Origin: Rhodothermales bacterium
Lineage (GTDB): Bacteria; Bacteroidota; Rhodothermia; Rhodothermales; VXPQ01
Direction of reading: 5' to 3'
DNA: 64,000 bases
Assembly: GCA_951812335.1 (NCBI GenBank)
Contig: OX638293.1
Span: 2,523,175 to 2,587,174 of the forward strand
Positions 1-8,481 of the stretch are shown piece after piece. The first letter of the stretch is position 1; every line of letters begins with the position of its first letter. The notes beneath the pieces are model-generated. The model made no database searches, had not been told where the DNA came from, and worked only from the letters and a program-made list of their open reading frames with translations. The translations under genes and the position numbers were made by a program.

Positions 1-324
1 GCTGTCATGCCGCGCATTCGTTTCGACGCCGTTCAGGTGGCTGTGCAGGCCGGACAGAATGACTGCCCGGCTGGGCGCGCAAATGGAATTGGTCACGAAG
101 GCGTTCCGAAACAGCATGCCCTCGTCCGCGAGGCGGTCGAGATTGGGCGTGGGATCCAGTGTGGCGAGACGCCCCCCATAAGCTCCGAGCGCCTGCGTCG
201 CATGATCGTCCGAAAAAATAAAGACGATATTGGGGCGTTCGGCAGGCTGCGCCGAGACGGGCGAAACGGCGGCCGTTGCGCCAGCCAGCATCCACAGGCA
301 TAAAAACCTGAGTAGACGGCGCAT
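1..324 (-). CDS. formylglycine-dependent sulfatase, N-terminal 108 codons (gene continues beyond the left edge)
   Basis: The frame is open to position 1, so it is absent from the ORF track. My translation from the ATG at 324-322 reads MRRLLRFLCLWMLAGATAAVSPVSAQPAERPNIVFIFSDDHATQALGAYGG...NAFVTNSICAPSRAVILSG. This gives a signal peptide, the DDH metal site and the C-x-P-x-R motif. Confidence 0.8.
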   Translation of the reverse strand, partial: MRRLLRFLCLWMLAGATAAVSPVSAQPAERPNIVFIFSDDHATQALGAYGGRLATLDPTPNLDRLADEGMLFRNAFVTNSICAPSRAVILSGLHSHLNGVETNARHDS

Positions 325-377
325 CCGAATGCATGAATACAATTGCAGGGCGGGTGAGCGGGTGAACGTAGTCGGTT

Positions 378-1343
378 TCATTGTAGCGGATGGAATGTTG
401 GAATAAACGGCGGGCGGGGAGTCTCAAACGCAAACGCCCTTGCAGGATTGTTTGTCAGCAAGTCGTCGACCGCCGCATCGCTTACGCCGATCTCCCGCAA
501 ACGCGGGACGAACCCTTTCAGGATATAGGCAAATCCGGGGCCTTCGGCATGGCCCCAGGCAGGCCAGTAGGAACGACGGGCCAGGTCTCCCCCAAGGAGT
601 ATCTGGCTTCCATGTCCGGCGTCGACAAGATGGGCAATCGCCTCGGCCCGCTCCCGATCCAGGTAATACTGCACCTTGCTGATCTGGTCGTATCCCAGAA
701 AAGCGCCGGTGGAAGCCACCTCGAGGTGATACGACAGGTCCAGTTTGCGATCCATATGTCCGATGACAACGCGCCGCGGATCGACCCCGGCGGATTCCAG
801 CAGACGGACCTGTTCGAGCGCCATCGTTCCGGCCTCGGTATGCGTCGAAATGGGTGCGCCGGTCCGAAGATGCGCAGCGGCCGCCGCGCGAAACACTTTT
901 TGCGCAACCGGGCTGATTTCGTCGAGCGTGGAGGACGCCTTAACCAGGCCGGCGCGGATACCGGTATCGTCGATGCCCTCGACAATCTCCCGCACGAAAC
1001 GCTCCGTGAGTTCTTCCACAGAGGCGCCGTTGACGAAGGGAGCCGAGAACGGATCCTTGTTGTATCCGGCGGCGCACACGATATGTACGCCCGTCCGCTC
1101 GGAGATACGGCGCAGGCCGGCGGGATCCCGACCATAATCCGGGGTGGTCATCTCCACCACAGCCGATCCCCCGGCCCTGCGGAAACTCTGCATTTCGAGG
1201 GCGGCGGCGTCCTCGTCGTCGAGTACGAAGTCCATCTCTTCGGGAGATGGCTCCGGGGGCGTACTTAGCAGATGCTCGTGGCCGTAGCACACGCCCAGTT
1301 CGGCGGCTTCGATCGGTCCCCGGACCGTCTGGATCATCGGCAT
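378..1343 (-). CDS. phosphotriesterase-related (PTER/Php-like) amidohydrolase-fold metal hydrolase
   Basis: 321-aa ORF. It has the N-terminal HxH metal motif (CYGHEHLL) and full-length resemblance to phosphotriesterase-homology proteins. Confidence 0.8.
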   Translation of the reverse strand: MPMIQTVRGPIEAAELGVCYGHEHLLSTPPEPSPEEMDFVLDDEDAAALEMQSFRRAGGSAVVEMTTPDYGRDPAGLRRISERTGVHIVCAAGYNKDPFSAPFVNGASVEELTERFVREIVEGIDDTGIRAGLVKASSTLDEISPVAQKVFRAAAAAHLRTGAPISTHTEAGTMALEQVRLLESAGVDPRRVVIGHMDRKLDLSYHLEVASTGAFLGYDQISKVQYYLDRERAEAIAHLVDAGHGSQILLGGDLARRSYWPAWGHAEGPGFAYILKGFVPRLREIGVSDAAVDDLLTNNPARAFAFETPRPPFIPTFHPLQ

Positions 1344-1362
1344 GGCAATGCAGGAAATATTA

Positions 1363-1398
1363 GGATACTCTGATCAAAACCGCTTCGATCAGCGCTTC
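1363..1398 (-). repeat. dispersed repeat, 36-nt version (GAAGCGCTGATCGAAGCGGTTTTGATCAGAGTATCC read on the minus strand)
   Basis: Ends 19 nt upstream of the PTER-like ATG. Shares 32/36 nt with the copy at 23393-23428, and 34/39 nt with the copy at 50294-50329 when both are extended 3 nt upstream. Confidence 0.8.
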
Positions 1399-1482
1399 GA
1401 GTTCATGCGTAAAAGATATTATAATTGCATCGTTGAAATTAGCGGGAAACGCTACGGATTCGGGGATTCCCGATCTACAGGT

Positions 1483-2775
1483 TTACAATACGGCGCCCAT
1501 CCCGACGAGCCGCTCCCGAAGGGTATCGACCGGTAGCACATGGGGCAGGGTCTTTCCCTGGCACGACAGCGCCGCCGCCGTACCCGCAGCCTGTCCCATC
1601 GCCATGCACTGCCCCATGCTGCGCACGGAAGCATGGGCGTCGTGCTCTGCGGACAGGCACCGGCCTGCCACAAGCAACCCCTCCACCCGCTGCGGCAACA
1701 GGCAGCGGTACGGTATGTCGCAGGTTGCGCCGTCCGGAAGATATTCCCAGTGCGTGTCGCGCCCGGCACGGTGATCCTCGATGGGCGCCCCGCATTGCGC
1801 AATGGCATCGTCGAACTTGCAGGCCGCCAGCACATCTTCTTTCGTCAGCCGATAGACGCCCCGGATACGGCGGCTTTCCCGTACGCCGATCTGGTTGCTG
1901 AAGTCGGTCAGGAAGGCATGCTCGTACCCCGGAACGAAATTGCGCAGAAAACGAGCATACTCCATGGCCTGCCGGCGGCCTTCGACCTCGGCGCGGGTCA
2001 GTTGTTCGGGATCGGTGGCGTCCACATCGCCCACACGGGTCATGTTGGCGGCCATCACACCGGGGTACGGGGTAATGTGGATGCTTCCTTCGCGGCGCGG
2101 CAGGTCGTACTTGCCGGATTCGGCGGCTTGCGCCAGCAAGGCATGCAATTCATCCTTGCGCACGGCGCGGGCCTTGGCATCGTCCACGCCGGTCATGCGG
2201 AAAGTGGTCGTGAGCGATTGCACGGGGCTTTCATCGGGGCCTTCGTACGGCGCTCCGGACCAGGCGGCCACATCCGCATCGCCGGTGGCGTCCACGATAC
2301 AGTCGGCGCGGATCTCGAACCAGCCCTGCTTGGTGGCCGCCACCACGCCCGCCACACGGGCGCCGTCCATCAGGACATCCATGACGAAGGTGTGAAAAAG
2401 GAGCCGTACCCCGGCTTCGAGCGCAAGCGACTCCCAGACCATCTTGAGCGTTTCGGGGTCGTAGGTCACGCCGTCGCCCGCCCCGTAGGTGTTCGGGCGG
2501 ATGAGCATGGCCCCGCGCTGTTTCAAAGCGTCCACCACGAGGTCCGGCACGCCGCCTACGACTTTTCTGGAGGAACTGCCCGGCGTATAGAATCCATAGA
2601 ACGTATCCAGTACCTGGGTGCTGACGCCGCCCATGAAACCGTATCGCTCGACGAGCAGCGTGTCCGCGCCCGTCTTTGCGGCTGCGATGGCGGTGGTAGC
2701 CCCGGCGGAGCCGCTGCCCACGACAAGCACTTCGGCGCGTTTCTCGGCGATTATTTGCTTGCTGTGAATGCGCAC
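1483..2775 (-). CDS. FAD-dependent oxidoreductase
   Basis: 430-aa ORF with an N-terminal dinucleotide-binding motif (VVGSGSAGATTAIAAAKTGADTLLVE). Confidence 0.75.
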   Translation of the reverse strand: MRIHSKQIIAEKRAEVLVVGSGSAGATTAIAAAKTGADTLLVERYGFMGGVSTQVLDTFYGFYTPGSSSRKVVGGVPDLVVDALKQRGAMLIRPNTYGAGDGVTYDPETLKMVWESLALEAGVRLLFHTFVMDVLMDGARVAGVVAATKQGWFEIRADCIVDATGDADVAAWSGAPYEGPDESPVQSLTTTFRMTGVDDAKARAVRKDELHALLAQAAESGKYDLPRREGSIHITPYPGVMAANMTRVGDVDATDPEQLTRAEVEGRRQAMEYARFLRNFVPGYEHAFLTDFSNQIGVRESRRIRGVYRLTKEDVLAACKFDDAIAQCGAPIEDHRAGRDTHWEYLPDGATCDIPYRCLLPQRVEGLLVAGRCLSAEHDAHASVRSMGQCMAMGQAAGTAAALSCQGKTLPHVLPVDTLRERLVGMGAVL

Positions 2776-2918
2776 AGGATATCCCGGAAAGCGGATCTAA
2801 AGGAAAAGTTGTACGGGATGCGGCGGTCGGATAATCCGTCCGCACACTCATTGCACGTCAATGGCTCCGTCGGTAGATTGGGGCGATCTGCTTCATACCC
2901 AACGAGACACCGCCCACC

Positions 2919-3155
2919 ATGGAAGATCTATTCACCGGCGCCGCTGGACTTACAATTATTTTCTTCATCTTTCTTGTTTTGCTGGCCATACTCTGGACGC
3001 TTCTTCCGTTTGCAATCTTTGGTATCAAAAAACGGCTGGACGAGCAGATAAAGATCGGAAATAAACTGGTTTCATACCATCAAGCCCTGCACGAACACCT
3101 AAAGAATGCCAGGAATACCCAGGCGCCGTCGTCCCCTTTCGAGAAACCGCAATAG
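2919..3155 (+). CDS. small single-pass membrane protein, unknown function
   Basis: 78-aa ORF with one strongly hydrophobic helix (LTIIFFIFLVLLAILWTLLPFAIFGI) followed by a charged tail. It is the only plausible coding frame in this gap. Confidence 0.45.
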   Translation: MEDLFTGAAGLTIIFFIFLVLLAILWTLLPFAIFGIKKRLDEQIKIGNKLVSYHQALHEHLKNARNTQAPSSPFEKPQ

Positions 3156-3271
3156 GAAGACTGGCTCCGCTTTGCGCCTGCCGTTCCTTACACCCGCTAT
3201 GAAAGAAATCACGCCCGTCCGGACGTATGCCCGGTCGGGCCGGCGTTCGACAAAAAATTCTTAGATCTGCC

Positions 3272-4486
3272 ATGACAGACACTACCCCCAAAGGATCCTC
3301 CATCACGTTGCTCGGAACCGGCCTGATCGGCATGTTCTATGCGCAGGCCGTCAACGGTTGCCGGGGGCGCGACCGCATCCGCAGCGTGTTTTCGCGCAGC
3401 GCGGAGCGGGCGGAGACCTTCGCCGGAGAATGGGGCATCGCCCATCACACCGACGACCTGGAAACCGCTATCCGGCATCCCGAAACGGACATGGCGATCA
3501 TCGGCCTGCCCAACCAGTTGCACGAGGAATGCGTCCGGCTGGCGGCAGAGGCCGGTAAAGGCGTCCTTTGCACGAAACCGTTGGGCCGGACCGCCGCCGA
3601 GGCAAAACGCATGCTGGCCATGGTCGAGGAAGCCGGCGTATTTCACGGGTATCTCGAAGACCTCGTGTATACCCCCAAGACGCTCAAGTCCATCCGAAGC
3701 GTGCAGGAAGGCGCACTGGGAGACATTTTGTGGGTGCGCTCCCGTGAAACGCATCCGGGGCCGCACAGCGCCTGGTTCTGGGACATCGAACAGGCGGGCG
3801 GCGGCGCGCTGATCGACATGGGGTGCCACACGATCGAAATTGTCCGGAATTTCGTAGGCAAAAACAACCGCCCGGTGGAAGCTATGTGCTGGGCCGACAC
3901 GCTCGTCCACCCCATCGATGCAGAGGATCACAGCGTAGCGCTCATCCGCTTCGAAAGCGGGGCGGTCGGGCAGATCGAGGTAAGCTGGGCGTTCCGGGGG
4001 GGCATGGACCTGCGCGACGAGGTGGCCGGAACAGAAGGCACGATCTGGCTCAACCACTGGCTGCGCACCGGGTTCGAGATGTTTACCTCGGGCGAAACGG
4101 GCAGCTACGTGGCCGAGAAAGTCGAATCGCCGAGCGGATGGCTTTTTCCGGTAGGCGACGAATCGAAAGCGCTCGGCTACACGGACATGTTTCAGGATAT
4201 GTTCGAGGCGGCGGAGAAAGGCCGGGAGCCGATGGAAACTTTTTACGACGGATACGTAGTCAATGCGGTCCTCGACGCCTGTTACAAATCGGCGAAATCG
4301 AGGCAATGGGAAGAGGTCGTGCTGGACGACTGGCGAGCGGAAGAACCGCATCCGAGAGTGGCGCCGACCGTACGCGAGGTGGACGGGCATGTCGTCATCA
4401 AGGAAGAGGTGCTGCCCGACGGCACGACGCGCCGCATCCTGAAAAACAAGCAAACGGGACACGTTACGCAGGTAACGCTCGATTGA
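3272..4486 (+). CDS. Gfo/Idh/MocA family NAD(P)-dependent oxidoreductase
   Basis: Rossmann N-terminus [15 protein letters not shown] and the family-typical LCTKPLG segment. The ORF opens at 3227, but the ATG at 3272 (MTDTTPKG) fits the family N-terminus better. Confidence 0.8.
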   Translation: MTDTTPKGSSITLLGTGLIGMFYAQAVNGCRGRDRIRSVFSRSAERAETFAGEWGIAHHTDDLETAIRHPETDMAIIGLPNQLHEECVRLAAEAGKGVLCTKPLGRTAAEAKRMLAMVEEAGVFHGYLEDLVYTPKTLKSIRSVQEGALGDILWVRSRETHPGPHSAWFWDIEQAGGGALIDMGCHTIEIVRNFVGKNNRPVEAMCWADTLVHPIDAEDHSVALIRFESGAVGQIEVSWAFRGGMDLRDEVAGTEGTIWLNHWLRTGFEMFTSGETGSYVAEKVESPSGWLFPVGDESKALGYTDMFQDMFEAAEKGREPMETFYDGYVVNAVLDACYKSAKSRQWEEVVLDDWRAEEPHPRVAPTVREVDGHVVIKEEVLPDGTTRRILKNKQTGHVTQVTLD

Positions 4487-4530
4487 CGATCTTGAACGGT
4501 TCGCTCGAACATCCTGTCGTCCGCATTGCG

Positions 4531-5364
4531 ATGTGGTCGGGACCGCGCAACATTTCCACGGCGCTGATGCGCGCATGGGAAGCCCGCGGCGATACGCTCG
4601 TAACGGACGAGCCGCTGTATGCGCATTATCTGCTGAAAACCGGCGCCCTGCACCCTGGACGCGACGAAATCATTGCGCACTGCGAAACGGACTGGCGCAA
4701 GGTGGTGGCGAAGTTGACCGGTGAAACGGACTACGAAGAAGACCTTGTCGATGGAGCGAATCGCAGCGGGCCCCGGAAGCACGATACGCTCGGCGAGCAT
4801 GCCGATATGCACGGCTCCGGGCAGCGCAACGAGATCGGAGAGCGGGATGCGCCCGCCGAAAAACGAATCCACTACCAGAAACATATGGCGCATCATCTGC
4901 TTCCGGAAATGGAGGGGCCTTGGCTGGAACGGCTGACCCATGCTTTCCTGATCCGCGATCCGGCAGAGATGGCGGTGTCGCTGGCGCGCATCACCGAGAA
5001 TCCCGGACCGGACGATACCGGACTGCCGAACCAATGCGCCCTGTACCGGCGCGTGACGGAAGAGTTCGGTCGCCCGGCGCCCGTGATCGACGCGCGGGAT
5101 GTGCTGGAAAACCCGGCCGGCGTGCTCGAAAAACTCTGTGCGGCGCTCGGCGTACCCTGGACCCCGTCCATGCTCTCCTGGGAGCCCGGCCTGCGGCCCG
5201 CGGACGGCGTCTGGGCTCCTCACTGGTATGATCGGGTTGCAACCTCGACGGGGTTTCGTTCCCGCCCCCCGGGAAACCGGGAGATCCCGGAAGCGCTGCA
5301 CGAGCTGGTCGAGACCTGCCGCCCCCTGTACGAAGCATTGCACCGCAACCGGATCACCGCCTGA
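4531..5364 (+). CDS. P-loop sulfotransferase-like protein (a family usually paired with a class IV aminotransferase)
   Basis: N-terminus MWSGPRNISTALMRAW, then YQKHMAHHLLPE, LIRDPAEM and DGVWAPHWY blocks typical of this family. An in-frame TTG at 4492 is an alternative start. The stop lies 1 nt before the next gene's ATG. Confidence 0.6.
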   Translation: MWSGPRNISTALMRAWEARGDTLVTDEPLYAHYLLKTGALHPGRDEIIAHCETDWRKVVAKLTGETDYEEDLVDGANRSGPRKHDTLGEHADMHGSGQRNEIGERDAPAEKRIHYQKHMAHHLLPEMEGPWLERLTHAFLIRDPAEMAVSLARITENPGPDDTGLPNQCALYRRVTEEFGRPAPVIDARDVLENPAGVLEKLCAALGVPWTPSMLSWEPGLRPADGVWAPHWYDRVATSTGFRSRPPGNREIPEALHELVETCRPLYEALHRNRITA

Positions 5365-5365
5365 T

Positions 5366-6268
5366 ATGCTCCAGACCTTCGACGAACGCAACCGGAATAT
5401 TCTTATCAATATCAACGGTACGCTCACGCCCCGGGACAAGGCGGGCGTGAGTCCGTTCGACAGTGCGGTACAGGGCGGGGACCTCGTATGGGAAGGACTC
5501 CGTCTGTACGAGGGCCGCATCTTTCGCCTTATCGAACATCTCGACCGGCTGAAAGCGTCGGCACAGGCGCTGGCGTTTGCCGTCATTCCCTCGCACGAAG
5601 AAATCATCGAGGAAATACAGCGCACGCTGGAGGCAAACGGCATGCGGGACGGAGTGCATATCCGCCTGTCGCTGACGCGGGGAGTGAAGATCACATCGGG
5701 CATGGATCCGCGCCTGAACCGGAGCGGCCCGACGCTGATCGTGCTGGCCGAATACAAAGCCCCCGTATACCAGACGGACGGATTGTCGCTCATAACGAGT
5801 TCCATACGGCGGTTTCCGCCCGACTGCCTGGATCCGAAAATTCACCACGGGAATCTGCTCCAGTCGATCCTGGCCAAAACGGAAGCGAATGTTGCGGGGG
5901 CGGACGATGCGCTGATGCTGGACCGCAGCGGGTTCATTGCCGAAACGAACGCCACGCATACCTTTCTGGTAAAGAACGGAGCCGTGCTGACGGGGCATAC
6001 CCATGCCTGCCCGGAGGGCATCACCCGGCAGGTCGTTCTCGAATTGTGCGCAGCGCACGGCATCGAATCCGATGTGCGGAATCTGTCTCTGACGGAAGCG
6101 TACAGCGCCGACGAAATGTTCTGCACCGGCACGATGGGGGAACTGGCGGGCGTTACGCAGCTCGACGGAAGAACGATCGGCGACGGGCGGATCGGACCCA
6201 TGACGCAGCGCCTTGCTGGCCTGTACCGGGAGGAGACGGCGCGCAGTGGAGCAGTGGTGGTGGAATGA
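5366..6268 (+). CDS. class IV aminotransferase (branched-chain / D-amino-acid aminotransferase fold)
   Basis: 300-aa product (MLQTFDERNRNILININGTL...GVSPFDSAVQGGDLVWEGLRLYEGRIFRLIEHLDRL...). The ORF-track frame opens at 5099, but the ATG at 5366 follows the upstream stop. Confidence 0.8.
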   Translation: MLQTFDERNRNILININGTLTPRDKAGVSPFDSAVQGGDLVWEGLRLYEGRIFRLIEHLDRLKASAQALAFAVIPSHEEIIEEIQRTLEANGMRDGVHIRLSLTRGVKITSGMDPRLNRSGPTLIVLAEYKAPVYQTDGLSLITSSIRRFPPDCLDPKIHHGNLLQSILAKTEANVAGADDALMLDRSGFIAETNATHTFLVKNGAVLTGHTHACPEGITRQVVLELCAAHGIESDVRNLSLTEAYSADEMFCTGTMGELAGVTQLDGRTIGDGRIGPMTQRLAGLYREETARSGAVVVE

Positions 6269-6358
6269 GACCGGTGGCGAATCGCGCCGGTGACACAGCG
6301 CCTCGGTAAACTGCACCGGCAGGAAATGGCGCACACTGTGATTGTGGCGGCGACATGA
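6269..6358 (+). other. diverged, in-frame duplicate of the last 29 codons of the preceding aminotransferase gene
   Basis: Codon-by-codon alignment of 6269-6358 with 6182-6268 gives 60/87 identical nt with one codon indel. The peptides are DRWRIAPVTQRLGKLHRQEMAHTVIVAAT* versus DGRIGPMTQRLAGLYREETARSGAVVVE*. Confidence 0.7.
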
Positions 6359-6631
6359 GCCGGTCGCAAGGTGGTCAATCGTGGGTGGACCTCTGTATGA
6401 AGTGCGCGGATATCTCGGCATAATGTTCGTATGCGTACATCCATGAATGCGTCGGAAACACCGCCCGGCAGGCGGAATTCCAACGAACGGAGATAGTAAG
6501 CCAACGCCCCCGATCGCTGCTGCCCGGGCATGAAGCAAGGGAACCGGAAACGCTTCTTTCTCTTTCATAGATACCCGGCCAGTCGATCCTGCAATATCCT
6601 GGACGATCTCATTCCGAAACCTTACTACGCC

Positions 6632-7084
6632 ATGACTTCCTTTCGCTCCACCGCCAAAATCGCCCTTTGCCTGCTCGCTGCCGGCGGACTCCTTTCGCAA
6701 GCAGCTTTCGCGCAGGATATGCCCCGCACCGCCGCACCCGAAGGCGCTTCGGTATATATCGTCAGCCCCGAAGACGGCGCCACAGTCGAAGGCGGCAAAG
6801 TGCATGTCGTGTTCGGCCTGAAAGGCATGGGCATAGCCCCCGCGGGCATCGACTATCCCGGCACCGGACACCATCACCTGCTGGTCAATGCGGAAGAGCT
6901 GCCCCCTTTGAACATGCCCATCCCTACCGATGAAACCCATATCCACTTCGGTATGGGCCAGACAGAAACGACGCTTGACCTCGAACCGGGCGTGTACACC
7001 CTGCAACTACTGGTTGGGGACAAAAACCATATTCCCCACGATGCGCCGGTAATGTCGGAGAAAATCACCGTGACGGTGGAGTAA
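6632..7084 (+). CDS. DUF4399 domain-containing secreted protein
   Basis: Signal peptide MTSFRSTAKIALCLLAAGGLLSQAAFAQ, followed by the GTGHHHLLVN block characteristic of DUF4399. Confidence 0.6.
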   Translation: MTSFRSTAKIALCLLAAGGLLSQAAFAQDMPRTAAPEGASVYIVSPEDGATVEGGKVHVVFGLKGMGIAPAGIDYPGTGHHHLLVNAEELPPLNMPIPTDETHIHFGMGQTETTLDLEPGVYTLQLLVGDKNHIPHDAPVMSEKITVTVE

Positions 7085-7140
7085 TTCCTTCCATCCGCAC
7101 CATAGCAAAAATCGCCTGCTGCCTGCTCACAGTCGGCGGG

Positions 7141-8145
7141 TTGTCTGTCCAAACGGTTCTGGCGCAGGATATATCCGGTACCGTCGCACCCGCCCCCGAT
7201 CCGGCGTACAACAACACCGGCCCCAAGGACGGAGCAACGATCGAAAACGACTTCACGGACATCGCATTCGGTCGCGATCCAGAGGCTATGCCGGAAACGA
7301 CCGCAAGGACCGCTCCGACAGCCAACCGGTTTTATATCGGGCTCGAAGCAGGTTTGTCGATATCGGGCGATCTCGATGTCTCCCAGTCCTTCGTGAACCA
7401 CCTGACCCGGTGCGACCCGTTTCTTTACGCCCCCGGCGCCGCGCCGACCGACGGAGAGTGTGCGGCGGGACAAATATCCATAATCGAAAACGTATTCACC
7501 CACGGCGCAAGCTTCACCGGCAGTGCGGCGCTGGGGTATACCCTTGGCAACGGACTGCGCCTCGAGGCGGAATATCTCCACCGCCGCCAGGGTTCGGATG
7601 ACCGGCGCATTCCCCTCGGACCGGGCGGCGACGACCCCCTTGCTCAAAAGAGCAGCGAATGGGATGCGAACGATCCGCCTTCGGAGCGTATCTATGACTT
7701 GAGCACCCATCATGTTTTCCTCAACGCCTGGTACGATCTGCGGACCGGCTCACGCTTGACGCCCTATATCGGGGGCGGCGTGGGTATGGCCTCGACGACG
7801 ATGCACTACTCGGGCAGATTCCTGCGAAGAAGCGATCTGGGACCGGAACCGTGGCAACTGGCCGCTGCGGGCACGCTCAGCCACATAGACGCCGAACTGG
7901 CGAGCACCGGCCTGGGATTCCAAGTGGCAGGAGGTATTGATTACGCGCTGCGCGACCATGTTTCAATCGGCGCAAAGGTGCGCTGGATACGCTCCGGCGG
8001 TTTCGACGACAGCGGCAAACTCTGGACGCAAATCCGGGATCATGACCCGGTTCGCTCCGACGGCGTTACGCCGTTTACAAGCGATTTCAATGTGGGCAAC
8101 ATGCAGAACTGGGTCATGACGGTCGGACTCAGGTATTATCTCTGA
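7141..8145 (+). CDS. outer-membrane beta-barrel protein (OmpA-like / porin family)
   Basis: Alternating-hydrophobic beta-strand pattern with C-terminal ...WVMTVGLRYYL. The coordinate is the first canonical start (TTG). The in-frame stretch 7084-7140 encodes the rest of a signal peptide (IPSIRTIAKIACCLLTVGGL) but has no ATG/GTG/TTG, so the true start is unresolved. Confidence 0.6.
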   Translation: MSVQTVLAQDISGTVAPAPDPAYNNTGPKDGATIENDFTDIAFGRDPEAMPETTARTAPTANRFYIGLEAGLSISGDLDVSQSFVNHLTRCDPFLYAPGAAPTDGECAAGQISIIENVFTHGASFTGSAALGYTLGNGLRLEAEYLHRRQGSDDRRIPLGPGGDDPLAQKSSEWDANDPPSERIYDLSTHHVFLNAWYDLRTGSRLTPYIGGGVGMASTTMHYSGRFLRRSDLGPEPWQLAAAGTLSHIDAELASTGLGFQVAGGIDYALRDHVSIGAKVRWIRSGGFDDSGKLWTQIRDHDPVRSDGVTPFTSDFNVGNMQNWVMTVGLRYYL

Positions 8146-8399
8146 CGCCCGGGAGCGCCTTACTTTTTGACATTTCCATTTTTCCCCGGTAACGCCCCTG
8201 CTTTCCCGGCGTCGCAGCCCGCCGAATCCGGCGGACGAGCATTAAGTTTAGAGCGCACCACATTGCGACCGGTCACGAGGCCACAGGCGCTGTAACAACG
8301 GCAGAAAAAACTGGCCCCTCTGTCTGCCCAACTGGACAGGAATTCTCCTCTCCCCCGCATCTATCGGGAACCCGTTTTCGTATAAAGTACATTAGGGAT

Positions 8400-8411
8400 A
8401 TCAGAGTATCC
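8400..8411 (+). repeat. dispersed repeat, core only (ATCAGAGTATCC)
   Basis: Lies 71 nt upstream of the decarboxylase ATG. It is embedded in local palindromes GGATA..TATCC and TATCCTTAAGGATA. Confidence 0.5.
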
Positions 8412-8481
8412 TTAAGGATAAGAGGGCGCCGGTTGAATTTTTCCCGGCGGAGTATTGTGGTATAAAAGAGAGAGGTAAGAT

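Noticed and set aside
5-433. 142-aa minus-strand ORF at the left edge
   Set aside because: A different minus-strand frame, open to position 1, encodes a textbook sulfatase N-terminus with signal peptide, DDH site and CAPSR motif. The listed ORF is the wrong frame.
4282-7006. Minus-strand ORFs of 507 aa (4282-5805) and 550 aa (5354-7006)
   Set aside because: They are antisense to the sulfotransferase-like, aminotransferase and DUF4399 genes, which have clear family motifs. Their composition is Arg/Pro/Gly-biased and no domains are recognisable.
8160-8360. 66-aa minus-strand ORF in the spacer before the decarboxylase, and other ORFs under 80 aa in spacers (1342-1536, 12450-12653, 21836-22039)
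   Set aside because: They have no start-codon context and no hydrophobic or motif signal. Their lengths are typical of random ORFs in G+C-rich DNA.
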